The notes under the pieces were generated by a model. That model was not told the DNA's origin. It made no database searches and saw only the letters and a list, made by a program, of their open reading frames with translations. From Aliivibrio fischeri ES114 (GTDB lineage Bacteria > Pseudomonadota > Gammaproteobacteria > Enterobacterales > Vibrionaceae): DNA of 32,000 bases. The position numbers were made by a program, and so were the translations under genes. The stretch is taken from the NCBI RefSeq assembly GCF_000011805.1, contig NC_006840.2; one strand, given 5' to 3'. Every line of letters starts with the position of its first letter. Positions within the stretch are counted from its first letter, which is position 1. Below are positions 9,303 through 18,001 of the stretch, piece by piece.

Positions 9303-9503
9303 ATTGATTCCTATTATTTTACGAATTTGGTTAAGTAGAACTTACCTAGCCAAAGAGAAAACCACCCTTATAGTTTTGCTGCTAAGTAAGTTCTAACTCT
9401 ATAATAAACCAAAAGAACTACTCTATTAGTTATATACGTTATTCCAATTTGGAATGTTAAGTTACTGTATGATAAACGTACAAAAATAACTGTTGAGGAT
9501 GTC

Positions 9504-10298
9504 ATGTTTAACGTCTCTTTTTTTACAAAAAACAAAACTTTTTTATCTATTTCACTCCTCTGCTTTGCTTTATTGGGATGTACAAGCACACCTCCACATC
9601 CTATCACTCAAAAAATTGAGCAAAACATGGTGTCCGTTCAAGGTGGAGAGTTTCAAATGGGCTCTAACGCCCCTGAAGCGAAAAAATCCGAAAAGCCAGA
9701 ACATTCTGTATTTGTTGATGATTTCTATATTTCTAAGTTCGAAGTTACTCAAGAAATTTTTGAATCAGTAATGGGCTCTTCTCTTAGCTATTTCCAAGAT
9801 CCTAATGTTCCAGTTAATAACTTAAGCTGGCAGCAGGCTAATTTTTTCATTCAAAAATTAAATGAGCTGACAGGTGAAACTTATCGACTACCAACCGAAG
9901 CTGAATGGGAATACGCTGCTCGTGGAGGAAATTTAAGTAAAGGTTATATCTATAGTGGTTCAAACAATATTGATGATGTGGCTTGGTACTCTAAAAACGC
10001 CAATAACCGTGCGCATCCAATTGGAATGAAACAACCAAATGAACTAGGCTTGTATGATATGACGGGGAACGTTGGTGAGTTTGTAAGTGACGCCTATGAT
10101 GATAATTTTTATCGCGTTTCACCAAAAAATAACCCTAACAACGCACGTGATGAAGCAAGTGGTTTAGTTCATAAATCAGTTCGCGGCAGTAGCTTTTCTT
10201 ACGATGCAGATGAATCAGAAAACTATCGACGTGATTTTGCCAGTCAGTCTATTATCATGTCGGATATGGGATTACGTTTAGTAAGAGATAAAAACTAA
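9504..10298 (+). CDS. FGE-sulfatase-fold (SUMF1/PvdO-family) lipoprotein lacking the FGE catalytic cysteines
   Basis: Lipobox LLGC. FGE-domain blocks GGEFQMGS, HSVFVDDFYISKFEVT, YRLPTEAEWEYAARGG, LGLYDMTGNVGEF and RGSSF. The only cysteines are in the signal peptide/lipobox. RBS GAGGA. Confidence 0.8.
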   Translation: MFNVSFFTKNKTFLSISLLCFALLGCTSTPPHPITQKIEQNMVSVQGGEFQMGSNAPEAKKSEKPEHSVFVDDFYISKFEVTQEIFESVMGSSLSYFQDPNVPVNNLSWQQANFFIQKLNELTGETYRLPTEAEWEYAARGGNLSKGYIYSGSNNIDDVAWYSKNANNRAHPIGMKQPNELGLYDMTGNVGEFVSDAYDDNFYRVSPKNNPNNARDEASGLVHKSVRGSSFSYDADESENYRRDFASQSIIMSDMGLRLVRDKN

Positions 10299-10343
10299 AC
10301 TAACTAAAAGTCTTCATTCAAAATTAATTCTTCACAAATAAAA

Positions 10344-10373
10344 ACAGCGCCGAAAATTCAGCGCTGTTTGTTT
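10344..10373. terminator. Bidirectional rho-independent terminator
   Basis: A-run, stem CAGCGC/GCGCTG (10345-10350 / 10361-10366), then TTTGTTT. It lies between the convergent FGE-like and LysR genes and overlaps the LysR stop codon. Confidence 0.6.
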
Positions 10374-11286
10374 AAAAGACATTTTTAGCTGCTTTTTGAA
10401 TTTGTTGTCGCAACCAACGATGGCCACTATCATTACTTCGACTTGGATGCCAAATGCTACATAAATCGTGTTGTTGACGATTCAAAGGTAAATCTAAAGA
10501 TTTCAAATTGTAGTAATCGCCTAAATCATCAATAGATGACTGAGGTAACATCCCAATCATCTCAGTAGACCCAATAATTGGCATCATTTCAAAGGCACCA
10601 GCTGCTCGAATAACAATATTACGAGCTTCTAATTCTCCAATATCTTCAGCATTCAATAAGCTGCTTCGGCTATGCCAACGAGACGCGGCAACATGCTCTT
10701 CACTTAAGAATTGTTCAAGGCTAATTGAATCCCCTATTCTTGGGTGATCTTTACTGCATACGACTCTTAATCTTTCAGTATAAACTACCTCAGATTTTAA
10801 AATAGTGCGTCCACGAATAGCCATATCAATCACCAGATCGTAACGCTGTAAACGTAAGTCTGACTCTAGATCTTCAGTAAATTGAGGATGTATTTCTAAC
10901 GAAATATTAGGTGCAGATGAACGAAGCTGTTTCACCAATTTTGGTATTAATGAATAATTCACCGTAGACACAACCGCAATTGAGAAAATTCGATTGGATG
11001 TCTTAGGATCAAATTCTCTTGATGCTGACAACGTAGAAGTAAAATTCTTAAGTGCTGCAGACATTGCGGGGTAAATATCTGAAGCAAAAACGGTGGGTTC
11101 TACTCCCGTCGTATTTCGATGAAAAAGTGCATCATCATAGATTTCTCGTAGACGTTTTAATGCTTTACTCACCGCAGGTTGGCTAATATTCATTCTTATT
11201 GCCGCCTTTGAGAGGTTTTTCTCTTCATAGATGGCGACAAAAATAGGGATCAAGTTTAGTTCTGTGCTTTTCATAATAACCGACAC
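10372..11286 (-). CDS. LysR-family transcriptional regulator
   Basis: N-terminal wHTH LSKAAIRMNISQPAVSKALKRLRE plus a C-terminal substrate-binding fold. GTG at 11286 is preceded by GGATGA; an alternative ATG lies at 11274. Confidence 0.85.
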   Translation of the reverse strand: MSVIMKSTELNLIPIFVAIYEEKNLSKAAIRMNISQPAVSKALKRLREIYDDALFHRNTTGVEPTVFASDIYPAMSAALKNFTSTLSASREFDPKTSNRIFSIAVVSTVNYSLIPKLVKQLRSSAPNISLEIHPQFTEDLESDLRLQRYDLVIDMAIRGRTILKSEVVYTERLRVVCSKDHPRIGDSISLEQFLSEEHVAASRWHSRSSLLNAEDIGELEARNIVIRAAGAFEMMPIIGSTEMIGMLPQSSIDDLGDYYNLKSLDLPLNRQQHDLCSIWHPSRSNDSGHRWLRQQIQKAAKNVF

Positions 11287-11364
11287 GGCTGATTCATCCT
11301 GATTTCACTTTATATAACTGAGCAGATGAAACAAGTGCAGTCCATCAGTTCTGTGTTGATTATC

Positions 11365-12675
11365 TTACTTTTTCGTTTTGCTTATTCGATACTTATTCAG
11401 CTGAGGCAAAGCTTTCTTAAATTTAATTATTTCACCTAATCGATATTTCGCCGTATCTCTACGATTAATTGCTTTCCACAACCGTTTAGATAGTGACGTT
11501 GTCACCTCTTCGTTTTGAAATTGTGTTGTTTCACTCTGCCATTCTTGCTTGCTTTCATACGCTTTGAGCTCAACGAGATGATCTGTTTCTCTTAATAAAC
11601 GATAAAGCAACATTCTAACTGTTCCCCATTCCTCTTGATTTACCGCTCTAGAATATACGAGCCATGCAGGAAGTGGATGAGTTTGATAATAACGCACGGT
11701 TTTAATAGCAGCGACGATAATAAGAAGAAGAATGAATACACAAACTGCGAATGGTTTCCAATATTCAATAAACCAAGAGCGCAAAGTGTGTGATACCGCA
11801 AAGGTTTGCCCTTCAATATTAATCGTTTTTAATTCACCTGCATCAACATCCCACCAAACTAACTCAAGAGCAGGAAACGTAACTTCTCCACCAGTTTGTA
11901 ATACATAAACTGAAGATTCTTCTCGTTGAGATAAATAGTCACCTCGAGTTTGTGTATCACTCAATTTAGGTGGTTGATTATAGGTTTGATAGTGCGTGCT
12001 TGATGTCGCTGGCAAAATCTCAGGGATCAACATTGCAAGTGTATCAGCCCCTTTAATCGTAATCGTACGAGTTATCGAATCGCCGGCTTCGAGTTCTGAA
12101 TTAGACGTATCCCATTTTTGTTGCACGGTAAAATCTAAACCAGACACCCATTGTTGTTTATCGTCAAGTAACCCAGACGGTTTAATTACTTTAAATGTTT
12201 GAGCTTGGGTATAAATGGTTCCTGAGACATTACCTACACCTTCTTTTGATACTTGCACTTTTACCGCCGCAGGAGGAATAACATAAGTACCTGCTTTTTG
12301 AGGATATAATGTCACTTCCCAGCGTTGGTGTGTCCAAGTTACTCCGTTTTTACGTTCTGTAAAATTAGTTGCAAGTTGATTACGTTGTTTAACTGCAACG
12401 TTGGGAATATCAATTGCAGCAATGCGAGTACCGCCTGTAAACCACCTTGGAGTAACCACTTCTATATACAAAATAATTTGTTGATTAATGGCATATGCTT
12501 TCTGCTCTTCATCTGTTTTTGATGGTTCACTTAACCACGTTTTAATCGAGACATTATCAGCACTTTCAAGTTTGTTCGCTGCATTGGATCTTGCACTGAA
12601 ACTTACCGTAATAAGCAGTACTATCATAAATACAAGAAGGTGTATTAAACGTCGTTTATCATTATGCTGAGACAT
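11365..12675 (-). CDS. batD: BatD-like (oxygen-tolerance family) membrane-anchored protein
   Basis: N-terminal signal/anchor, a large beta-rich exported domain and a C-terminal TM (FAVCVFILLLIIVAAI). It is the last gene of the MoxR-VWA operon, and its start overlaps the upstream stop (TAATG). Confidence 0.7.
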   Translation of the reverse strand: MSQHNDKRRLIHLLVFMIVLLITVSFSARSNAANKLESADNVSIKTWLSEPSKTDEEQKAYAINQQIILYIEVVTPRWFTGGTRIAAIDIPNVAVKQRNQLATNFTERKNGVTWTHQRWEVTLYPQKAGTYVIPPAAVKVQVSKEGVGNVSGTIYTQAQTFKVIKPSGLLDDKQQWVSGLDFTVQQKWDTSNSELEAGDSITRTITIKGADTLAMLIPEILPATSSTHYQTYNQPPKLSDTQTRGDYLSQREESSVYVLQTGGEVTFPALELVWWDVDAGELKTINIEGQTFAVSHTLRSWFIEYWKPFAVCVFILLLIIVAAIKTVRYYQTHPLPAWLVYSRAVNQEEWGTVRMLLYRLLRETDHLVELKAYESKQEWQSETTQFQNEEVTTSLSKRLWKAINRRDTAKYRLGEIIKFKKALPQLNKYRISKTKK

Positions 12676-14372
12676 TATTTCACCTCTTCATTTTGCATTT
12701 GTGTATTACTTGTTTGTTCACGAAGTTGTAATTGGAACTTGGCACGCAAGAAATATTTTGGGTCAGCCTCAACACGACGAAGCCATTTGTCCGCCAACTC
12801 TTGGCTTCCTAAGATCTCATTTGCATTTAAACTTTCTTTCGTCATTAAAGAAGAGTCCACTTCTTCATCTGCACCATCACCGGTTCTAGGCTTATCATCA
12901 CCCAGTTCAAATGACTCTTCTGGGCCATCGGTCGTGCCTTTTTGGCTTTCACTCATCCGATTGACCTCATCAACAATGCCTTGCATGACGTTTAAGTTAT
13001 TCTGCGTTTTTTCTTTTAAATCAGGATCGAGATCTTTCTTTAACAACATACGATAGATGTTTCTCGCAGCAACATATTCTCTTTGTCGAGCCAACGCATT
13101 TGCAGCATTAAACATTCCTAAATCAGATTTCACAGCAATAAAAGCACTGTGAGCTAACTTATACTCACCTGCATAATAATACGCAGTACCCTTCATTAAT
13201 GGGTCTTGATAACTTTTTGCTGCTTTTAAATATTCTGATTTATCAAAATACCATTGCCCTTGTTGATCGGGGGTTAACCACAAATCCATCCACCAATCTG
13301 TCGTTTTTTCCCATAAAGTCACTTCTTTAACAGGTTCTTGAGTTTTCGCTTTTAAACTTACGGTTTCTGCATACGTTGGCACTGAATAAAATGTAGGGGA
13401 AACCAATACCACCACGAGGCACCATTTCACTAACCACCCCTTTCTGAACCATGACAACATAAGTAATGAAACAGGAAATAGTAGGTAGTAACCCATGTCT
13501 TTCCACGGCATAGCTGATTCATTATTTAATTGCATATGTCGCTCGACTCTACTGTTTAAGCTACGAACATCGCTATCATCCACAGTAACGCTTATAACGC
13601 TTCCACCACTTTTACTTGCTAATTTTTTTAATGAGGCATAATCCATCGGATTCTCACTCGCTCTGTTTTCATTGCCGGCAGCAAGCACAAGCAGCTGATG
13701 ACGACTCTTAGAAAAGTATTTCTCATAAGCCGCGATGGTTTCAGGGTTAGCGCCATCCGTAATTAATAACACGGTTCCCGCACTCTCTGTCCCTAATTGA
13801 GGCTCAATGAGTGGTAATGCACTTTCTGCATTCTTCCCTTCTATAGGCATGATATCTGGCTGAATCGCTGCTAAGAATGGCGCAAAAACGGAGTTATCTT
13901 TGGTTAACGGCATAGCCAAGTGTGAAGTTCCCGAAAAGACAACAAGCCCTGTTTTCCCACCTTTACGTAATGCAATCAAATCTCGAATTTTTTGCTTAGA
14001 GCGCTCTAATCGATTCGGAGCTAGATCTTTTTGCAACATGGATTCACTATTATCTAATACAATAAGCAATGCGGCTTTATCTTCACCAAATGGCGAAGCC
14101 TCACGCTCCCATGTAGGACCAGCACAAACCACAATGGCTACGAGCATAGAAGCAGCCAATAATTTTAGTGGTAGTTGTTTTTTCCAACCAACATCATTGA
14201 CCGTTAGCACTGAACGAAGGTGTTTTGGTAATTCTTGTTGCCACTCATTTTTACTGTCTTGTTTCCAACGTAAATAAATAACAATACTTAATGGAATCAA
14301 GGCCAATAGCCATAGTGGACGAATAAAATGAAATTCATTGACAATTTGTTGCCACATCAGAAGATCAAACAT
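12675..14372 (-). CDS. batB: VWA-domain plus TPR membrane protein (BatB/BatC-like fusion)
   Basis: N-terminal TM segments. MIDAS motif DNSES in LLIVLDNSESM and LLITDG. A mid-protein TM is followed by TPR-like repeats (YYYAGEYKLAHSAF..., ALARQREYVAARNIY) and an acidic tail. I prefer the start at MFDLLMWQQ (14372), which gives the 8-nt overlap ATGTTTGA with batA, over the track start at 14456. Confidence 0.75.
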   Translation of the reverse strand: MFDLLMWQQIVNEFHFIRPLWLLALIPLSIVIYLRWKQDSKNEWQQELPKHLRSVLTVNDVGWKKQLPLKLLAASMLVAIVVCAGPTWEREASPFGEDKAALLIVLDNSESMLQKDLAPNRLERSKQKIRDLIALRKGGKTGLVVFSGTSHLAMPLTKDNSVFAPFLAAIQPDIMPIEGKNAESALPLIEPQLGTESAGTVLLITDGANPETIAAYEKYFSKSRHQLLVLAAGNENRASENPMDYASLKKLASKSGGSVISVTVDDSDVRSLNSRVERHMQLNNESAMPWKDMGYYLLFPVSLLMLSWFRKGWLVKWCLVVVLVSPTFYSVPTYAETVSLKAKTQEPVKEVTLWEKTTDWWMDLWLTPDQQGQWYFDKSEYLKAAKSYQDPLMKGTAYYYAGEYKLAHSAFIAVKSDLGMFNAANALARQREYVAARNIYRMLLKKDLDPDLKEKTQNNLNVMQGIVDEVNRMSESQKGTTDGPEESFELGDDKPRTGDGADEEVDSSLMTKESLNANEILGSQELADKWLRRVEADPKYFLRAKFQLQLREQTSNTQMQNEEVK

Positions 14373-15435
14373 GCTTTTCTCCTGCTTTTTTTGAAGAAGA
14401 TGAAAAATGACGTCTAATAGTGGCGAAACCAAAGGCAAACAAATACATCGCAACAATTAGCATTGCTGGGTATTGGTGAATTGACTGCTTTGGTCGGTAA
14501 GTCGTACTTTCATAAAGCTGAGGCTCTAACTCACCAATTTCATCATAAGCTTGTTCTAATTCATCACGGTTAATCGCCTGGAATGCTTTACCTCCAGACT
14601 CTTTAGCAACACGATTAATGATGTTCATATCCAATGCTTGCTCACCCACAGTTCGAGGATCACCCATTGCAATCATATGTATACGCACGTCTTTCGCTGC
14701 TGCAACTTTTGCGGCATCAATAGGTTCAACATAACTGCCAGTGTCGTTACCATCCGTTAAAACAATTGCGACTTTTTCTCGTGGTTTTGCATTTTCTTCT
14801 GCTGACGCTTTATCTTCGCTGCTCTGCTCAAACACTTTAATCGCAAGGCCGATAGCGTCACCTAGATGGGTACTTTGCCCTGCCATTGCAACGTCTGTTT
14901 GATTCAACAATTCAAGCCAAACGGATTGATCAGCCGTGAATGGCGTTTGTACAAAGGCGGCATCGCCAAATAAAATAAGTCCTAAACGATCCCCTTTACG
15001 TGTCTTAACAAAATCGGCTAATACTTCCTTTGTTGCTTCTAGACGTGAAATCTTCTTTACTGCGCCTAAATCTGACGATTGTTTAGAGACAAAATCTTGC
15101 TCAGCCATTGAACCAGATAAATCCACCACAACCATGACATCACGACCTAAACTTTCACGGGTTTGTGGCTCTCCTAATATCGTAGGCTTTGTTAAAGCAA
15201 AAATAAGCAGACACCACGACACAACCAAAAATGCTTTTTGCCATAAACTTGCACTTAATTGACTCGCACCTTCTGATGGTTCCTCATCTAAAGCTTTAAC
15301 CAATACATCAAAAAATGGCACTTTAATCGCTGATTGACGTGTTCGATATGCAGGTATAAACCAATATATTATCAGTGGTAAAGGAAGCATCCATAACCAA
15401 TATGGATTTGCTAATTCAAGTTGATCAAACGGCAT
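14365..15435 (-). CDS. batA: VWA-domain membrane protein (BatA-like)
   Basis: Two N-terminal TM helices, MIDAS motif DLSGS in VVVDLSGSMAEQDF, IVLTDGNDTGS, and a C-terminal TM. The start overlaps the upstream gene by 11 nt. Confidence 0.8.
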   Translation of the reverse strand: MPFDQLELANPYWLWMLPLPLIIYWFIPAYRTRQSAIKVPFFDVLVKALDEEPSEGASQLSASLWQKAFLVVSWCLLIFALTKPTILGEPQTRESLGRDVMVVVDLSGSMAEQDFVSKQSSDLGAVKKISRLEATKEVLADFVKTRKGDRLGLILFGDAAFVQTPFTADQSVWLELLNQTDVAMAGQSTHLGDAIGLAIKVFEQSSEDKASAEENAKPREKVAIVLTDGNDTGSYVEPIDAAKVAAAKDVRIHMIAMGDPRTVGEQALDMNIINRVAKESGGKAFQAINRDELEQAYDEIGELEPQLYESTTYRPKQSIHQYPAMLIVAMYLFAFGFATIRRHFSSSSKKAGEKHV

Positions 15436-15964
15436 AATCCTCTCCTTTTTTAATATCTTGGCTCGCCGTTTTTATATCTTTATGACTTTCTAACCAATCG
15501 ATACACAACGCAAATAAGGCTGCAATTTCTTGTTCATTTAATGCTTTTTGTGATTGAACTAATGAGCGCATCCATTTTTCACCTAATTCTGAATGAAATG
15601 TCTCTTTGTCATCGTTTCCATATGAATCAAGTGCCTTCAAAAAAGCATCTCCAAATTGATTAGAGCGACTCGGGTCGATATACACTAATACCGCTTTCAT
15701 CACTTCAAATATTTCATAACTGATAGATTGATTAGGTACTTGTGAATCTCGCAGTAATAAAATTACATCCAATGCTTCACGACGATAGCGATTTATCCAC
15801 CATCGTTTTAGCCATAGCACACTTTTGTAGACAATAAATGCAAGCAATACAAATGCGAGAATTTTCCATCCAATGGTCTGAGGAAACCAACTGACGTGTT
15901 CAGGAACCGTCACTTCACTTAATTTTTTTAATATATAACTGCTAGGTGGCTGATGTATGCTCAT
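15425..15964 (-). CDS. DUF4381-family membrane protein
   Basis: Pattern VSWFPQTIGWKIL, a TM segment, then RWWINRYRREAL matches the DUF4381 signature seen between DUF58 and VWA genes in MoxR operons. ATGA overlap with the DUF58 gene. Confidence 0.7.
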   Translation of the reverse strand: MSIHQPPSSYILKKLSEVTVPEHVSWFPQTIGWKILAFVLLAFIVYKSVLWLKRWWINRYRREALDVILLLRDSQVPNQSISYEIFEVMKAVLVYIDPSRSNQFGDAFLKALDSYGNDDKETFHSELGEKWMRSLVQSQKALNEQEIAALFALCIDWLESHKDIKTASQDIKKGEDYAV

Positions 15965-16902
15965 CGACGTCCTCCTATTGCACGCTTGAACTGCTCAATA
16001 TGAGATCCTGACGTATCCACTTCTATAGTAGGAAGTCCTTTTGCTGCCATTAATTGAATAAGTTGTTCTTTTTTCAATGACTGATGCTCAGTAAGTCCTT
16101 TGTTCGCTAAATCAAATTTTTTGGCATCATTTAGATTAATTTGAAAATCCCCATCACCAACAACCCATTCATTATTTAATGAAGGAAACATTGATTCGAA
16201 AGGATCAGAGATAAGAACACCAAGCACATCATTATGTTTTTGAAGGTGTTTTAAATGAGTAACATCATCAGGGGTTGCACCACTCCAATCACTCAAAATA
16301 ATAATCGTAGCTTCTTTGAGTTTTAAACGACCAAGCAGGGTGACAAATTGTGTAAAACTAACGGAATCAACATCGGTGCTTGTCACGTTTAAAGATTGAT
16401 TTGAACTTGCTAACAATTGCAATCGATGGAGCAAATCACCTTGAGAACGTTTTGGTGTCAACCAATGTAATTTCTCAGTTGCATTAATGACAAAACCAAC
16501 ACGATCACTGTCTTGCAAAATGCGCCATGCCGTTAAAGCGGCTAATTCCGCCGCAACAACCGATTTCATCGTATCGACCGATGAAAAAAACATACTACTG
16601 CGTTGATCAACACAGATAATAAAATTTCGATCTTTCTCTTCGGTATAAGAACGAACATGAGGTTTGCCTGTTCGCATGGTCACTTTCCAATCAAGATTTC
16701 GAATATCATCCCCTAATTGGTAGTGCCTTAACTCTTCAAAATTTAATCCGCGTCCACGAAATACTGAAGAGTGACGACCAGACAATGCCGTCCCTGATTT
16801 TAGGTTAGGAAGCAAACTAAAAAAACCAGCTTGAGACTGTAATTTTACCAGTTTGCTATATTCACAGTATATGCGTGCGTCTGTGCTTTTCTCTGTCATC
16901 AA
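15961..16902 (-). CDS. DUF58-family protein (MoxR-associated, VWA-like)
   Basis: Signature LRHYQLGDDIRNLDWKVTMRTGKPHVRSYTEEKDR. It lies immediately downstream (5-nt gap) of the MoxR ATPase. Confidence 0.85.
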   Translation of the reverse strand: MMTEKSTDARIYCEYSKLVKLQSQAGFFSLLPNLKSGTALSGRHSSVFRGRGLNFEELRHYQLGDDIRNLDWKVTMRTGKPHVRSYTEEKDRNFIICVDQRSSMFFSSVDTMKSVVAAELAALTAWRILQDSDRVGFVINATEKLHWLTPKRSQGDLLHRLQLLASSNQSLNVTSTDVDSVSFTQFVTLLGRLKLKEATIIILSDWSGATPDDVTHLKHLQKHNDVLGVLISDPFESMFPSLNNEWVVGDGDFQINLNDAKKFDLANKGLTEHQSLKKEQLIQLMAAKGLPTIEVDTSGSHIEQFKRAIGGRR

Positions 16903-16907
16903 AAGCC

Positions 16908-17921
16908 CTACCCAATAACAACGTGATCCAATAATTCATTTATCACTTGCTCTTGTGTCACTCCATCCGCTAAAGCGTCATAACTTAACGTAACACGATG
17001 GCCGAGAACTAAGTATGCCATTGCTCGAATATCATCGGGCTCTACATAATCTCTACCTTGTAACCAAGCATAGGCACGGGCACATTTATCTAATGCAATA
17101 GATGCTCGTGGACTTGAACCAACTTCAACCCAACGAGATAAATTAGATTCTGCGTAACGCTCAGGCTTACGTGTCGCCATCACTAACGCCACAATATAGC
17201 GCTCACTGATTTCTGAAACTTCAATTTTGGACAGCTCCGCTCTCGCTTGCATAACTACCGACGGATCTAATTGAATAGCATCAGGCTTAGGAATCGTGTC
17301 ATTTTCTGAACACTCCTTATCCGATGGCTTGTTATCCAGATTTTCTTCGCTTCTTACTAAACGAATAATATCTAGCTCAGCATCATCATCAGGATAATCA
17401 ACAGATACTTTCATAATAAAGCGGTCCATTTGCGCTTCTGGCAATGGATACGTTCCTTCTTGCTCTACGGGGTTTTGTGTTGCTAGTACCATAAATAAAT
17501 CAGGCAAAGTATGTGTTCTATCACCAACGGTGATCGTTCCTTCAGCCATTGCCTCTAAAAGCGCTGCTTGAACTTTCGCAGGCGCCCTATTGATTTCGTC
17601 CGCAAGAACGATACTGTTAAAAATAGGGCCAGGTTGGAAATTCAATTGTGGTTTACCATTTTGCTCTTGATAGACCTCTGTTCCGGTAACATCAGAAGGC
17701 AAAAGATCTGGAGTAAACTGAATACGACCAAATGATGTATGTAAATTATCAGCCAACGATTTTACTGAGCGTGTTTTTGCCGTACCAGGCAAACCTTCAA
17801 GCAAAACATGACCTTGAGTAAGTAACCCAATAACTAATGAACGAACAACATGAGCTTGACCAATAACTGATTGCTCAACCTGTGACATAAGTGTATTTAT
17901 TGCTTGTTGCGTTTGGTTCAT
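16908..17921 (-). CDS. MoxR-family AAA+ ATPase
   Basis: Walker A GLPGTAKT, Walker B/sensor LADEINRAPAKVQAALLEAM, then ATQNP.E..G.YPLPEAQ.DRF. RBS GGAGGA. Confidence 0.92.
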   Translation of the reverse strand: MNQTQQAINTLMSQVEQSVIGQAHVVRSLVIGLLTQGHVLLEGLPGTAKTRSVKSLADNLHTSFGRIQFTPDLLPSDVTGTEVYQEQNGKPQLNFQPGPIFNSIVLADEINRAPAKVQAALLEAMAEGTITVGDRTHTLPDLFMVLATQNPVEQEGTYPLPEAQMDRFIMKVSVDYPDDDAELDIIRLVRSEENLDNKPSDKECSENDTIPKPDAIQLDPSVVMQARAELSKIEVSEISERYIVALVMATRKPERYAESNLSRWVEVGSSPRASIALDKCARAYAWLQGRDYVEPDDIRAMAYLVLGHRVTLSYDALADGVTQEQVINELLDHVVIG

Positions 17922-17978
17922 GTTTCCTCCTAAACCCGATACGATTCGTTATCCATATTCATTGTAAGTAAATTAACT

Positions 17979-17993
17979 ATAACTATTGGTTAT
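17979..17993. promoter_or_regulatory. Dyad ATAACTATTGGTTAT (T-N11-A, LysR-type box) upstream of moxR
   Basis: Perfect ATAAC/GTTAT inverted repeat with an N5 spacer, 57 nt upstream of the moxR ATG. A minus-strand TACAAT -10 candidate lies at 17966-17961. It is one of four related copies in the window. Confidence 0.6.
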
Positions 17994-18001
17994 ACACATC
18001 A

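Noticed and set aside
9303-9503. Looked for the ATAAC-N5-GTTAT box upstream of the anSME and FGE-like genes, and also upstream of the cytochrome gene (20279-20430) and the LysR gene (11287-11364)
   Set aside because: Only isolated half-sites are present (GTTAT-ATAC-GTTAT and a distant ATAAC), with no properly spaced dyad. These promoters cannot be claimed as part of the putative regulon from sequence alone.
9368-9607. 79-aa minus-strand ORF spanning the anSME / FGE-like intergenic region
   Set aside because: It overlaps the well-supported start and signal peptide of the FGE-like gene on the other strand and covers the inverted-repeat region. It has no motif or RBS.
11365-17921. Interpreting the MoxR-VWA block as a phage-defence or conflict system
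   Set aside because: The gene order (MoxR, DUF58, DUF4381, two membrane VWA proteins, BatD) is the canonical Bat/aerotolerance-type arrangement. I saw no nuclease, protease, TIR/Sir2-like or other effector domain and no mobile-element context.
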